46,030 nt of DNA from Silvanigrellaceae bacterium (GTDB lineage Bacteria; Bdellovibrionota_B; Oligoflexia; Silvanigrellales; CANGWC01), in NCBI GenBank assembly GCA_947457515.1, contig CANGWC010000003.1, forward strand, positions 1-46,030, given 5' to 3'. The notes under the pieces were generated by a model that was given only the letters and a program-made list of their open reading frames with translations, ran no database searches and had not been told where the DNA came from. Every line of letters begins with the position of its first letter. Positions within the stretch are counted from its first letter, which is position 1. The position numbers were made by a program, and so were the translations under genes. Of this stretch, positions 1 to 9,542 are shown piece after piece.

Positions 1-213
1 AAAGTAACAAAAAAACATGCGAATTTTTAGTTATCCTTATTTTAAAAGGCTATGGAGATTTTTATAAAATATTTTTAAATATATCGAATAAAATTTTATA
101 TTTTAATATCAGCAATTTACAAAGGATTTAGGGGGGTCGAGCAGTTACGATATTTTCCTAATAATTTAAGGTAAGACATTATTATCTTTCATCTTTTTTA
201 GACAATGCTAATA

Positions 214-1182
214 TCACAGACGTTGATCCTTTTTTATACGATTCAAAATCTCGTCGAGTGATGGTCTACCCTTAAAATAAAGACTGGCACTGCGATGATA
301 CTCTTTTTCAAGTAGAGCACGGTCTGTAGCATCCGTGAGTTTGAACGCATCGCTATTTGAGACCTTTGTGTCATCACCGCCGAAACGTTCTTTCTTGAAG
401 TTTTCGTATTCTGAGGTACCTATAAATGATTGAATATCCTCTCTATCAATAAGTTGGTAAAGATCGTAGTAGTGGCGAATAAAGTTAGCTGGTAAGTTAC
501 CACCTTGTTTTCCTTCTTTATAAAGGCGAAACTTGCGGACAACGGCTTGGAGCTTTTCCACAAAGGTGAACTTGGGTTCATAACAGAGTACACCATGGGC
601 TCGGTTATCGTTGATCATGATGATCTTGTTTTCTGCTGCCTGGTCATAGGACCAAGAGCTAATGAGGCAAGGCTGGTTTGGAACAGTTTTGTCAAAACCT
701 ACTTCCAGCAAAATACCGTCTTTTAGTCCTTGGACTGAAAAGTGAGAATTATAGATGAGTCTGATTCCTCCGTTACGAAACTTTTGAACATCATCAAAAG
801 TCTTGTCACGCTTGATATCTGTGATTCCAGGAATTTTGAACTGCAAGTACGAAACAATCCAATCGAAATATTTGGCCCTTGAGTTGCGATGTTTTTGATC
901 GTCATGATTTCTGCCTGAATAAACTTTAAAACCACAAAGGTTTAAATCAGGTTCGATCTTAATATCGATATCCTCAGAGAAACGATGAATGCATCCGTAA
1001 CCTTTTGATAGAGAGGTTCCTCCCTTAAGGTGAAAGTTCATCTTCTGCTGCTGTAGTCCCCACAAGACATGCATTATCCAGTAATCTTTTTCTACCAAAG
1101 CAGGATCTCTGATTCCGAGAGACTGAGCTGTGATTTCGATGAGATCTTTGAAGTCTTTACGATTATGTAGAAATTCACTCAT
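214..1182 (-). CDS. abiEii: Type IV toxin-antitoxin toxin, AbiEii/AbiGii-family nucleotidyltransferase
   Basis: EKDYW, KGGTSLSK, RFSEDID, EKL and RHYYD motifs of the AbiEii family; overlaps the stop of the upstream antitoxin by 8 bp. Confidence 0.9.
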   Translation of the reverse strand: MSEFLHNRKDFKDLIEITAQSLGIRDPALVEKDYWIMHVLWGLQQQKMNFHLKGGTSLSKGYGCIHRFSEDIDIKIEPDLNLCGFKVYSGRNHDDQKHRNSRAKYFDWIVSYLQFKIPGITDIKRDKTFDDVQKFRNGGIRLIYNSHFSVQGLKDGILLEVGFDKTVPNQPCLISSWSYDQAAENKIIMINDNRAHGVLCYEPKFTFVEKLQAVVRKFRLYKEGKQGGNLPANFIRHYYDLYQLIDREDIQSFIGTSEYENFKKERFGGDDTKVSNSDAFKLTDATDRALLEKEYHRSASLYFKGRPSLDEILNRIKKDQRL

Positions 1183-1780
1183 TTTCAGTGGTTCCTTTAG
1201 CTTTCATAATACTTTCTAACTTCTTTTGTGTGGAAAGTGTGCCGTAGTGAGTGGCTGCATAAAGAAGCTTTCTTCGGTTGAATTCTTTGAGTTTAAAACT
1301 AAGCCTATCTATGATCTGCTCACGATCTTCCGCTAATTCATTTAAACGGTTAAGCAGTTCGACGATCAAAAATTCAGGTGTCAGTTGTTTAGGTGCTTCT
1401 CTCCAACGATGAAAGGTGTAAGTCAATCCACCAAGATTAAATTCTCCCACACGTTTGCGGTTAAAAACGATCAGACGGTTATAGAGCTGTGTTGTTCCTA
1501 GTCCAAGCATGTTGAATTGGCTTGGTCCATAAACTACGAAATGATCATCTTTGAGAAAACTTTGAAGTAACGATTTTCTATCTGGAGGGGCCTCACCAAA
1601 TGCTGTATTTCTAGGGGCCAGGTACATGCCTTGTGACAGTTTTTTTAAATGGCCTTCCTCTACAAGGTGTATCAAGTGGCGATCGATATTAGATGAGAAA
1701 GAGGTTAAATCAGAACGACGATAGACATGCCCCGGGATCAGATTTGATTTGAGGCGTTGAAGTGTTTCAGTCTGACGCAT
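1175..1780 (-). CDS. abiEi: Type IV toxin-antitoxin antitoxin, AbiEi-like winged-helix protein
   Basis: N-terminal wHTH-like RHLIHLVEEGHLKKLSQGMY, NMLGLGTTQ motif; directly upstream of AbiEii; GGAGGT Shine-Dalgarno before ATG. Confidence 0.8.
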   Translation of the reverse strand: MRQTETLQRLKSNLIPGHVYRRSDLTSFSSNIDRHLIHLVEEGHLKKLSQGMYLAPRNTAFGEAPPDRKSLLQSFLKDDHFVVYGPSQFNMLGLGTTQLYNRLIVFNRKRVGEFNLGGLTYTFHRWREAPKQLTPEFLIVELLNRLNELAEDREQIIDRLSFKLKEFNRRKLLYAATHYGTLSTQKKLESIMKAKGTTENE

Positions 1781-1801
1781 CGTCGACCTCCCTATTCTAT
1801 G

Positions 1802-1830
1802 AGTATCGGATAAAGCAAGGAAAAAGTAAA
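1802..1830 (-). promoter_or_regulatory. Putative sigma70 promoter of the abiE operon
   Basis: Minus strand TTTACT-N17-GATACT about 20 bp upstream of the abiEi start. Confidence 0.45.
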
Positions 1831-1997
1831 GATTTTTAGTAAAAATTCATGTATTATGAATAGTAATTCTTTTTAAAAACAATATCTTATGAATATTATA
1901 AAATTCAGGCATTAAATTTTATGAACCAAAATTCGAAGTTTTCAACTAGGATGAAATGAAGCGTGAGAACAGGAGTTTTTAGAAGTTACTCAAAAAT

Positions 1998-3089
1998 CTA
2001 AAAGCCAATTTTTTTGAATAGGACTTCACCTAAAGATGTTGTTTTCAAGATAAAAGCTTCCTTAATAGGATCCGGAGTTTTGTCCCAATATATTTTACCG
2101 GTGACCCCTTCTAAAGAAACTCCTTGAAAGAATTTTTTAGAATCAGGTTTTTGATTTTGAGCAAAAGCTTTTTGTATGGCTAATGCAGAGTCATACCCTA
2201 ACGCTGCAAAAAGACCCGGTGATGTGGAATACTTCTTCCTAAAATCAGATTGAAATTTTTGGATCAAAGGAGAATTTGTATCTCTTGAGTAGTGAGATAC
2301 AAAATAATGATCGGGATAACCTGTTCCTGCTAAAGGCCTCAGATCAATGCTGTCCCAACCATCGGCACCAATAATGGGAGCTTTAATTTGAACCACTTGA
2401 AGTTCTTTGAGAAGAGGACCAACTTGTTGAGGGTATCCAGGAATAAAAATAATAAAAGGTTGAGATTGAAGTTTCTTCACACGGGAAGCAACGGATTGGA
2501 AGTTTTGATTTCCATAAGAGATCTCACTCAGCACTGTTCCTTTACGGGAGATCCATTCTTTTTTAAAGGACTTAGAAACTTGGCGACTGTATTCGTTATG
2601 TCCATCCATAAGAATCACAACGTTAGTGATTTTAAAGAAATCAAAAGCAAATTCTGCGACTTTTTTGCCTTGAAAAGCATCTTTATAGCATATTCTGTAA
2701 AGCCCATCCTGGCTTTCAGTGACATGATCCCCGGTGGATGCTGGGGTAAGCATAGGGACCTTATACCTTGCAGCAATGGGAGCAGATGCTAAAGTACCCC
2801 GGGTCAGAATGTCACCTAAGATGATCTGAGCTTTATAATTTAGGATAAGATTATTAATTCCTTGAACAGAACCTTGAGTGGTTCCTAAGCTATTTTCAAC
2901 TTGCCACTCAAAGTCACTTTTATTATCAATAGAATTCATTCCGAGTTCAAAGCCTTTAAGAGTTTCTTGGCCGTAAGCCGCCACTTCTCCTGTTAAAGGG
3001 AAAAGAACTCCAATTTTAATAGGTTTTTTAAGGGGAGGATTTTTACTATAAGCAGTGATAAAAGAAAGAATGAGTAAAAAATAGAACAT
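1998..3089 (-). CDS. Branched-chain amino acid ABC transporter substrate-binding protein (LivJ/LivK-like)
   Basis: IKIGVLFPLTG..AAYG, YRICYKDAFQG, GADGWDS, ALGYD motifs; start moved to MFYFLL (ATG 3089, GAGAGGA RBS, signal peptide). Confidence 0.85.
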   Translation of the reverse strand: MFYFLLILSFITAYSKNPPLKKPIKIGVLFPLTGEVAAYGQETLKGFELGMNSIDNKSDFEWQVENSLGTTQGSVQGINNLILNYKAQIILGDILTRGTLASAPIAARYKVPMLTPASTGDHVTESQDGLYRICYKDAFQGKKVAEFAFDFFKITNVVILMDGHNEYSRQVSKSFKKEWISRKGTVLSEISYGNQNFQSVASRVKKLQSQPFIIFIPGYPQQVGPLLKELQVVQIKAPIIGADGWDSIDLRPLAGTGYPDHYFVSHYSRDTNSPLIQKFQSDFRKKYSTSPGLFAALGYDSALAIQKAFAQNQKPDSKKFFQGVSLEGVTGKIYWDKTPDPIKEAFILKTTSLGEVLFKKIGF

Positions 3090-3090
3090 A

Positions 3091-4101
3091 TTATTTCCTC
3101 TCATGGGATGAATTTTCCATGATTGTCGTAGAGTGTATGGGTTGGAATTTAGATTTTGGATTGAGAAATGTTTTAGCTCGATTCACTGCGATTGCTCCTT
3201 CGGAGAAACCTACGGAAATAAGCTTTAATTTGCCTTCATAAGTGACACCATCTCCCGCAGCATAGACCCCTGGGAGCTGAGTTTCCATACAAGAATTCAC
3301 ACAGATGTCTGAATGTTCAATTTTAAGTCCCCAATTCTTGAGTCCACCTAAGGAACTATGTAATCCAAAAAAAATAATACAACCATCCACTGAAATCGTT
3401 TTTTCTCCAAGAGGAGTTAGAACTTTAAGGCATTCTAATTTATCAGACCCTATAAAGTCTATGATTTCAGATTCCATTAAAATCGTTGCAGAGGAATTTC
3501 GAAGTTCATTCACTTGAGAGTCTAAGCCTCTAAACTGAGCATTTCTATGGATAAGTGTGACTGATTTAGCAATAGGAAGCATATCTAATGCCCAGTCTAA
3601 AGCAGAATCTCCTCCTCCTAAAATCACGATTTTCTTACCCTTATATTGGTTTTTGTTTAAGATCTGATACTCAAGTCCTTTGCCTTCCCAATTTTTAGCT
3701 TCAGGATGAGGGTGTTTTCTAAAGGAATAAGAACCAATCCCAGAGGTGATAATAAGGGTACGAGAAGCAAATTTTTTACCAGATTTTGTTTCTAAAGTAT
3801 AAATATCATCTTCTTTATGAAGATGATTCACAGTTTCATTCATAATCATTTCTGGAGAGTGATAGAAGGCCTGTTGCTCTAAAGCAGAAACAAGATCTTT
3901 TGCGAGAATTTTAGGAAATCCTGCTACATCATAGATGTACTTTTCAGGGTAAAGAGCAGAAAGTCGTCCGCCTAAGTAGGGAAGACTTTCAATAAGTCTA
4001 CACGACATGCCTCTGAGACCGGCGTAATAGGTAGAATAGAGCCCTGTAGGTCCACCACCTATTATGGTAACATCAACGGGTGTGAGATCTGAGTGGTTCA
4101 T
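3091..4101 (-). CDS. Ferredoxin/flavodoxin-NADP+ reductase, TrxB-like (YumC type)
   Basis: IIGGGPTG FAD motif, LYPEKYIYDVAGFP, GGGDSALDWA, no CxxC, GKLKLI..G..E, HST tail. Confidence 0.9.
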   Translation of the reverse strand: MNHSDLTPVDVTIIGGGPTGLYSTYYAGLRGMSCRLIESLPYLGGRLSALYPEKYIYDVAGFPKILAKDLVSALEQQAFYHSPEMIMNETVNHLHKEDDIYTLETKSGKKFASRTLIITSGIGSYSFRKHPHPEAKNWEGKGLEYQILNKNQYKGKKIVILGGGDSALDWALDMLPIAKSVTLIHRNAQFRGLDSQVNELRNSSATILMESEIIDFIGSDKLECLKVLTPLGEKTISVDGCIIFFGLHSSLGGLKNWGLKIEHSDICVNSCMETQLPGVYAAGDGVTYEGKLKLISVGFSEGAIAVNRAKTFLNPKSKFQPIHSTTIMENSSHERK

Positions 4102-4110
4102 GTTAAGAAG

Positions 4111-6138
4111 CTATTTCCAAGCATTAAGTTCAATGGAGTCTACAAGAATATGAGCAGCTTCATAGAGCTGGATATCTTTTTTGTCGATAACCTTAGATAA
4201 GGATGATCGTTTTTCTATTTTTTCTTGTTCTTCTGTTTCTTTTTTCTCAACACGTTTTAAAGGTACAAGGGATTTGGTTTTCTCTTGTCTAAATTTAACC
4301 AGTTTTGTTTCAAGCTCTTTAAATTCTTTTGAGAGCTGAATTCTTTCTTGACTCTTTTGTTTAAGAGTTTCTAAAAAAGGCTTAAAATCTCTGATTTTCT
4401 TAAATCCTTTAAAAGGAGCAATGGATGTAGAAGGGAGAACATAATCATTTTCAGATTCACTGATATCTAATTCATTGACCCAATCAGGGATCACGATATC
4501 TGCAGGAACCCCAATGGCTTGATTGGTTCTTCCACTGGGAAGGAAAAATTTAGATACAGTCACTTTCAAAGCACCAGTACTTTCATTAGGTTTCCAAAAT
4601 GAAGGGCTGTTTTCTACGACATTTTGAACAGTGCCTTTTCCATAGGTTTTCTCATTACCCACAATCAGAGCTCTGCCATAATCTTGCACAGCTCCTGAAA
4701 AAATTTCTGATGCTGATGCACTCATCTTACTGATAAGTACAACTAATGGACCATCATAAATAGCTTTTCCTGTAGGGTTATAAAGATTCTCTATCTTTCG
4801 ATTTTGATCTTCCACTTGAACAATGGAGGGAGCATTCATAAATAGGCTAGTGATTTTTAAACATTCTCCTAAATCTCCCCCACCATTAGAAGTGAGATTC
4901 AAAATGATGCCATCAACATTTCTTTTCTTAAGAGATTCAATCTCTGTTAACATATCTAAATAACTACTTCTAAAGTCTTTTTTAGTGCGGCTGCCTTGAT
5001 AATCAATATAAAAACTTGGCATCAGTATGACACCAATTCGTTTTTGATTGAGAATCATCACATCACTTCTGACTTTACCTTGCTCAATATTCACAATATC
5101 TCTGACAAGTTGAATATCGAATGTTTGGAATTGTCTTGATATTTTAAGAGTTACCTTAGTATCTTTCTTTCCACGGATCATCTTAACCACTTTAGTCAGA
5201 TCAAGATCCACCACATCCACAGGACCTTGGTTATCATGGTTATCGACACCAATAATCTTATCTCCTTTTTGGATATGGCCATCTCTAAAAGCTGCACCTC
5301 CAGGAACAAGAGAGTCAACAATTGTATAACCATCTGATTGAGTTAAAGTGGCTCCTATACCTACAAGCTGTAAACTAAATGCTTCTTTAAACTCATTTTG
5401 ATCTTCTGGCATTAAATACTGAGAGTGAGGATCTGCACATAAGAAAAGAGAATTAATGAAAATACCATTAATATCATCGGTGCTTCTTTCCTTCATGCTT
5501 TTAATCAAGTTATCATAACGTTTCGTTAATCTATGAGATGTTTTATCCCAGTTTTTATCAATAGAATCTAAAGATAAAGAAGAAAGTTTGATCATCTTTC
5601 TCCAACGTTCTTTACGATCTTCTTTTGTTTGAGACCAATTGATCTTTTTACGATCAGTCTCGATAGATTCATCTAAATCAAAGTTTGGTTTATTCTTAAG
5701 AATAGATTTAATCTCTTGAAATGTTTCTTCTGCTCTCGTGATAAATCTTGTATGAATTTCTATAATATCAGTACAGTCTTTATCCATGATCTTAGATTGT
5801 AGCGAAGATTCTTTTTTCTGGAATTCATCAATATCCGATTGTAGAAAAAAGTTTTTTCCAGGATCAAGAGTCGAGAAAAATTTGTTTAATGTATTATGAG
5901 AAAGCTCTTGATTCCAGGTTTTAACAGAATAATGTAACTTTAAGAATTCTAAAGATTTATCCTTAAGATGCTTACATTGAAAAATACCACTTTGACGAGG
6001 CTCTTTAAAAATTTGAATATCTGAGAGAAGAGAAGATATGATCTCTGATGTACGTCCCTGGGCGACATTTTCTACAAAAAAATGCAAACTTAATATGAGT
6101 ACGGTAAAAGGGAAAATGATTTTAACAATTTCTTTCAT
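4111..6138 (-). CDS. prc: Carboxy-terminal processing (tail-specific) protease, S41 family with PDZ domain
   Basis: DPHSQY, GIGATL PDZ, NGGG, SASASEI catalytic Ser, GKGTVQ Lys, GVPADI. Confidence 0.9.
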   Translation of the reverse strand: MKEIVKIIFPFTVLILSLHFFVENVAQGRTSEIISSLLSDIQIFKEPRQSGIFQCKHLKDKSLEFLKLHYSVKTWNQELSHNTLNKFFSTLDPGKNFFLQSDIDEFQKKESSLQSKIMDKDCTDIIEIHTRFITRAEETFQEIKSILKNKPNFDLDESIETDRKKINWSQTKEDRKERWRKMIKLSSLSLDSIDKNWDKTSHRLTKRYDNLIKSMKERSTDDINGIFINSLFLCADPHSQYLMPEDQNEFKEAFSLQLVGIGATLTQSDGYTIVDSLVPGGAAFRDGHIQKGDKIIGVDNHDNQGPVDVVDLDLTKVVKMIRGKKDTKVTLKISRQFQTFDIQLVRDIVNIEQGKVRSDVMILNQKRIGVILMPSFYIDYQGSRTKKDFRSSYLDMLTEIESLKKRNVDGIILNLTSNGGGDLGECLKITSLFMNAPSIVQVEDQNRKIENLYNPTGKAIYDGPLVVLISKMSASASEIFSGAVQDYGRALIVGNEKTYGKGTVQNVVENSPSFWKPNESTGALKVTVSKFFLPSGRTNQAIGVPADIVIPDWVNELDISESENDYVLPSTSIAPFKGFKKIRDFKPFLETLKQKSQERIQLSKEFKELETKLVKFRQEKTKSLVPLKRVEKKETEEQEKIEKRSSLSKVIDKKDIQLYEAAHILVDSIELNAWK

Positions 6139-6176
6139 GAATATACATCATGGATCATGGACTACAGAGTTGCAAG

Positions 6177-8531
6177 ATGAAGATAGCCATTGATCTGCAT
6201 AATTTATCCACAGTTTCTACGGAAGTGATCCGTACGGGGATTCAACAGGTCGTTTTTAATCTCTTAAAAAGCACATATCACCTCAGAGATACCCTCGAAA
6301 ACATTGAGATTATTCCGATTCCTTATCTTCCCTATTATCGTCAAGGATCACTTCGTACGACTCAAGTGAATAATTCTAACTCTGTATTAGAACAAACCGC
6401 AGAGGAAATAGGAGTCGATATTCATCAGCTTTGGGGAAGAGATCCTAGAAATTGGGACGATGATAAATTTTATGAGGTCCTCAAAGAGGTCGATTATTAT
6501 ATCATCACTGGACTCTGTGAATTTAGACACGTTGCTTTACAATTACCACAATTAAAAATAGCTGCATTACTTCATGATCTTGGGCCTATTCGTAGACCAG
6601 AACTGGTGGAGTCTGGAATGATTGAATGGTTTCAGAATTCATACCTTCCCGGAATCACAAGATACACAGAGGTGATCTTTGGAAATTCTCTTTTCACTGC
6701 ATTAGATATTTCTCACTATTTACAATTCCGAAAAAAGACTCCTGCTTTGATCAGTACTCCTTTACCCGATGAGGAAATCGATCAATCATTCAAAAAAGAT
6801 CCCCAAACTCTATATCCCTTTCCTTACTTTCTCACAATTGGAACCATTGAACCTCGAAAAAACTTAGAACTCGTTCTCCAAGGTTTTAAAATATTTAAAC
6901 ATAAATTTAAAAAAAATAGCTTCAAACTGATTATGGCAGGGAAGCAAGGCTGGTCAAAAGAGCCTGAAAGAATCCAAAAAATAGGATCAGAATTAGGAGA
7001 TGATCTGATCCATTTAGGTTATCTCAGCAGAGATGATCTCGAAAATCATCTCAAAAAAAGTGCAGGTCTTATGATGCCTTCAAGATTTGAAGGCTATGGA
7101 ATGCCACTTTCTTTAGCCAGAAGATTTAAAGTTCCTACCATGACCTGTGCTCACACATCTTTGATTGAAGCAAGTCATACAAATTCCTATTATGTTGATC
7201 CAAATGACCCTTATGAAGTGGCCCTTGTGATGCAAAAAATAGCTTCACAGAAGGGTATTGATCAAAAAGAAATTCCCTCATTCCAATCAAAATCTTGGGA
7301 TGAATTTCTGTCCCATTGGATCCAATATCTTTCTTCCCACTCTCCAGAAGAGAGTCAATCTCTGAGTATTTCTCCTCCTAAGAATCAGATCCAGCTGATC
7401 TCAAAACCTCGTATTATCTTTGATGTTCATAATCTTTCCATCCATCCCCATAAACTTGTTAAAACCGGGATCCAAGAAGTTGCTTATTCCATCTTAAAGT
7501 CCGTAGGTAATTTAAGGGAACAATATCGAGATGTCTGTGAACTTTATGCAACTCCTTATCTCCCTCAAGATGTAGGCACTCCTCGAGGCTATTGTCCCAC
7601 AGGTCCATGTTCTGAAATGTTACTCGATCAGATTTCAGAAACCCTAGGTAAAGATATTTGGGGATTTCCTCGAAATCAAAAAGACTATTTTACAGATGCA
7701 GCCTGGTATTGGATTTCAGGTCAATACGATATTCAAAGAGGGATAGCCTCATTAGAAGACTCTTCTCCCTATATTAAAATAGGGCATATCTTTCATGATG
7801 GCATACCTTATCTTCTCCCCTTGAGAGTTGTTTCTGGACTTGAGCATTGGTTCACTGAGGAATATCTTGAAGGCATCAAAAACTATTCTTCCTGTGTTAT
7901 GGGAGTGTCTCGAAGCGCAGCCTTAGATATTCTTCATTACGTTCCTCAGCCATCATTTGATCTCTATGGTCATCCTGAACCAACCTATCAACCTCATTTA
8001 CCTGTCTTAGAAGTTACTTCTAAAGAAACTTATTTTGTTGTGATTGGAAGTACAGATCCTAGAAAGAATACAGTTCGTATCCTGAAAGCTTTTCAGTTGT
8101 TTCTTAAAAGATATGATTCAAATTATAAAATTATGCTGGTTGGTCCTAAACTCTGGAGAACAGGACCTCTATCCTCGATGATGAAGGAACTTAAGGGTCA
8201 TCTCATAGAATGTGGGTATGTATCCGATGAAGAACTGCATCATCTCATCCAGAAAAGTTCAGGAGTTCTCATGCCTAGTCTTTATGAAGGCTTTGGTATC
8301 CCCATTGCTCTTGCAAGAACCTATGGTGTTCCTGTACTCACATCCCATAACACAAGCTTAACGGAAGTTTGTGACTTTAAATCCACTGTGATCATTGATC
8401 CCTTAAGTGTAGAAGATATATCTTTGGGTCTTTACAAACTCATTCAGATTCAGAAAACAGATCCTATAAAAACCTCAAATTGGGATTCTTATGTGCAAGA
8501 TTTCATTGAGTATTCGTTAAATAATTTGTAA
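6177..8531 (+). CDS. Double-domain GT4 glycosyltransferase (two tandem GT-B modules; WbdA/mannosyltransferase-like)
   Basis: Two internal repeats (IAIDLHNLS..TGIQQV / IIFDVHNLS..TGIQEV; GTIEPRKN / GSTDPRKN; PSRFEGYG / PSLYEGFG); likely start MKIAID at 6177 (ORF track 6150). Confidence 0.85.
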   Translation: MKIAIDLHNLSTVSTEVIRTGIQQVVFNLLKSTYHLRDTLENIEIIPIPYLPYYRQGSLRTTQVNNSNSVLEQTAEEIGVDIHQLWGRDPRNWDDDKFYEVLKEVDYYIITGLCEFRHVALQLPQLKIAALLHDLGPIRRPELVESGMIEWFQNSYLPGITRYTEVIFGNSLFTALDISHYLQFRKKTPALISTPLPDEEIDQSFKKDPQTLYPFPYFLTIGTIEPRKNLELVLQGFKIFKHKFKKNSFKLIMAGKQGWSKEPERIQKIGSELGDDLIHLGYLSRDDLENHLKKSAGLMMPSRFEGYGMPLSLARRFKVPTMTCAHTSLIEASHTNSYYVDPNDPYEVALVMQKIASQKGIDQKEIPSFQSKSWDEFLSHWIQYLSSHSPEESQSLSISPPKNQIQLISKPRIIFDVHNLSIHPHKLVKTGIQEVAYSILKSVGNLREQYRDVCELYATPYLPQDVGTPRGYCPTGPCSEMLLDQISETLGKDIWGFPRNQKDYFTDAAWYWISGQYDIQRGIASLEDSSPYIKIGHIFHDGIPYLLPLRVVSGLEHWFTEEYLEGIKNYSSCVMGVSRSAALDILHYVPQPSFDLYGHPEPTYQPHLPVLEVTSKETYFVVIGSTDPRKNTVRILKAFQLFLKRYDSNYKIMLVGPKLWRTGPLSSMMKELKGHLIECGYVSDEELHHLIQKSSGVLMPSLYEGFGIPIALARTYGVPVLTSHNTSLTEVCDFKSTVIIDPLSVEDISLGLYKLIQIQKTDPIKTSNWDSYVQDFIEYSLNNL

Positions 8532-8557
8532 ATTTTATTGATTTTTTAAAAAAAGTA

Positions 8558-8586
8558 TTGATTTTATTGAACGCATGAAGTATTGT
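8558..8586 (+). promoter_or_regulatory. Putative sigma70 promoter of the TraB/GumN gene
   Basis: TTGATT (8558-8563) - 17 bp - TATTGT (8581-8586), 26 bp upstream of the start. Confidence 0.5.
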
Positions 8587-8612
8587 AGTAACGTCAGTTC
8601 GGGATAAGAGTT

Positions 8613-9530
8613 TTGAAACTATTAATTTACTTTGCGTTGATATTAGCCTTCCAGCTCAATGGTTCTTTTGCTTATGCAAACAGTCCTTTAGAGTATGCTT
8701 ACGTGATTAAAAGCCCAAATGGAAGAAAGTCTCGAATCTTGGGAACTATCCATGCAGGGATAAAATTGCAAGATATGCCACCTGAAATTATGGAAATCAT
8801 AGCTTCTGCAAAAAGACTTGTTGTTGAAAGTAATGAAGAAACAAGCTTACACGCTATTCAATTACTTTTAGAGAAAGAATCAGAAATAGGGTTTAGCTCT
8901 GAAAATTTAGATTCTCATTTAAGTAAGCTTATTGATAGGGAAGACATTGACTGGCGTGGTATTACTCCGCCTGGAGTGGATAAGTCCACATTTATTTCTA
9001 GTAGTCTTAAAAGCCCCGTTTCTGTTTCTATTTTGTTAACAAGTTTAACTTGCTTGACTCTTATGAAAGAAGCTCAGCAAACTACAACATTGGACCAGGA
9101 AATCGTAAACGCATTTCAAGCCATAAATGATGGCGTTATCCATTATTTAGATTCTTTAGAAATCTTAACTCAGGTGTATGAAAAAGTTTTTAACCCTCAG
9201 CTGAACTCAGTTATTTTAGATAATTATCAAAATATAATTAAAATATCTCAAAGAGAAGCTCAATATTATCGTAGGGGTAAAGAATTGCCTGAATCTATTG
9301 AGGCTTATTTTACCCAAATTCAAAGGACAAGTTTTGCAGGTATGATGGATCCAGAAGTTATAAGTTATTTAGGGTCTTTTAGAAATCACCAATGGTTATC
9401 TATATTACGAGAACAAATTAATAAAGGAGATGCTTTTATTGCTTTTGGTTTGACGCATTTAATAGGTAAAGATGGAATACTTAACTTATTACGGCAAGAT
9501 GGCTACGAAGTGACTCCTTTAAAACAATAA
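8613..9530 (+). CDS. Secreted TraB/GumN (Tiki-like) family protein
   Basis: Signal peptide (AYA cleavage), ILGTIH, RNHQW, FIAFGLTHLIGKDGILNLLRQDGY C-terminal motif; TTG start. Confidence 0.8.
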   Translation: MKLLIYFALILAFQLNGSFAYANSPLEYAYVIKSPNGRKSRILGTIHAGIKLQDMPPEIMEIIASAKRLVVESNEETSLHAIQLLLEKESEIGFSSENLDSHLSKLIDREDIDWRGITPPGVDKSTFISSSLKSPVSVSILLTSLTCLTLMKEAQQTTTLDQEIVNAFQAINDGVIHYLDSLEILTQVYEKVFNPQLNSVILDNYQNIIKISQREAQYYRRGKELPESIEAYFTQIQRTSFAGMMDPEVISYLGSFRNHQWLSILREQINKGDAFIAFGLTHLIGKDGILNLLRQDGYEVTPLKQ

Positions 9531-9542
9531 GAATTCATACAA

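Noticed and set aside
1-213. Possible direct repeat or att site shared with 1820-1910 flanking the AbiE pair
   Set aside because: Similarity is limited to low-complexity AT runs; no convincing aligned core
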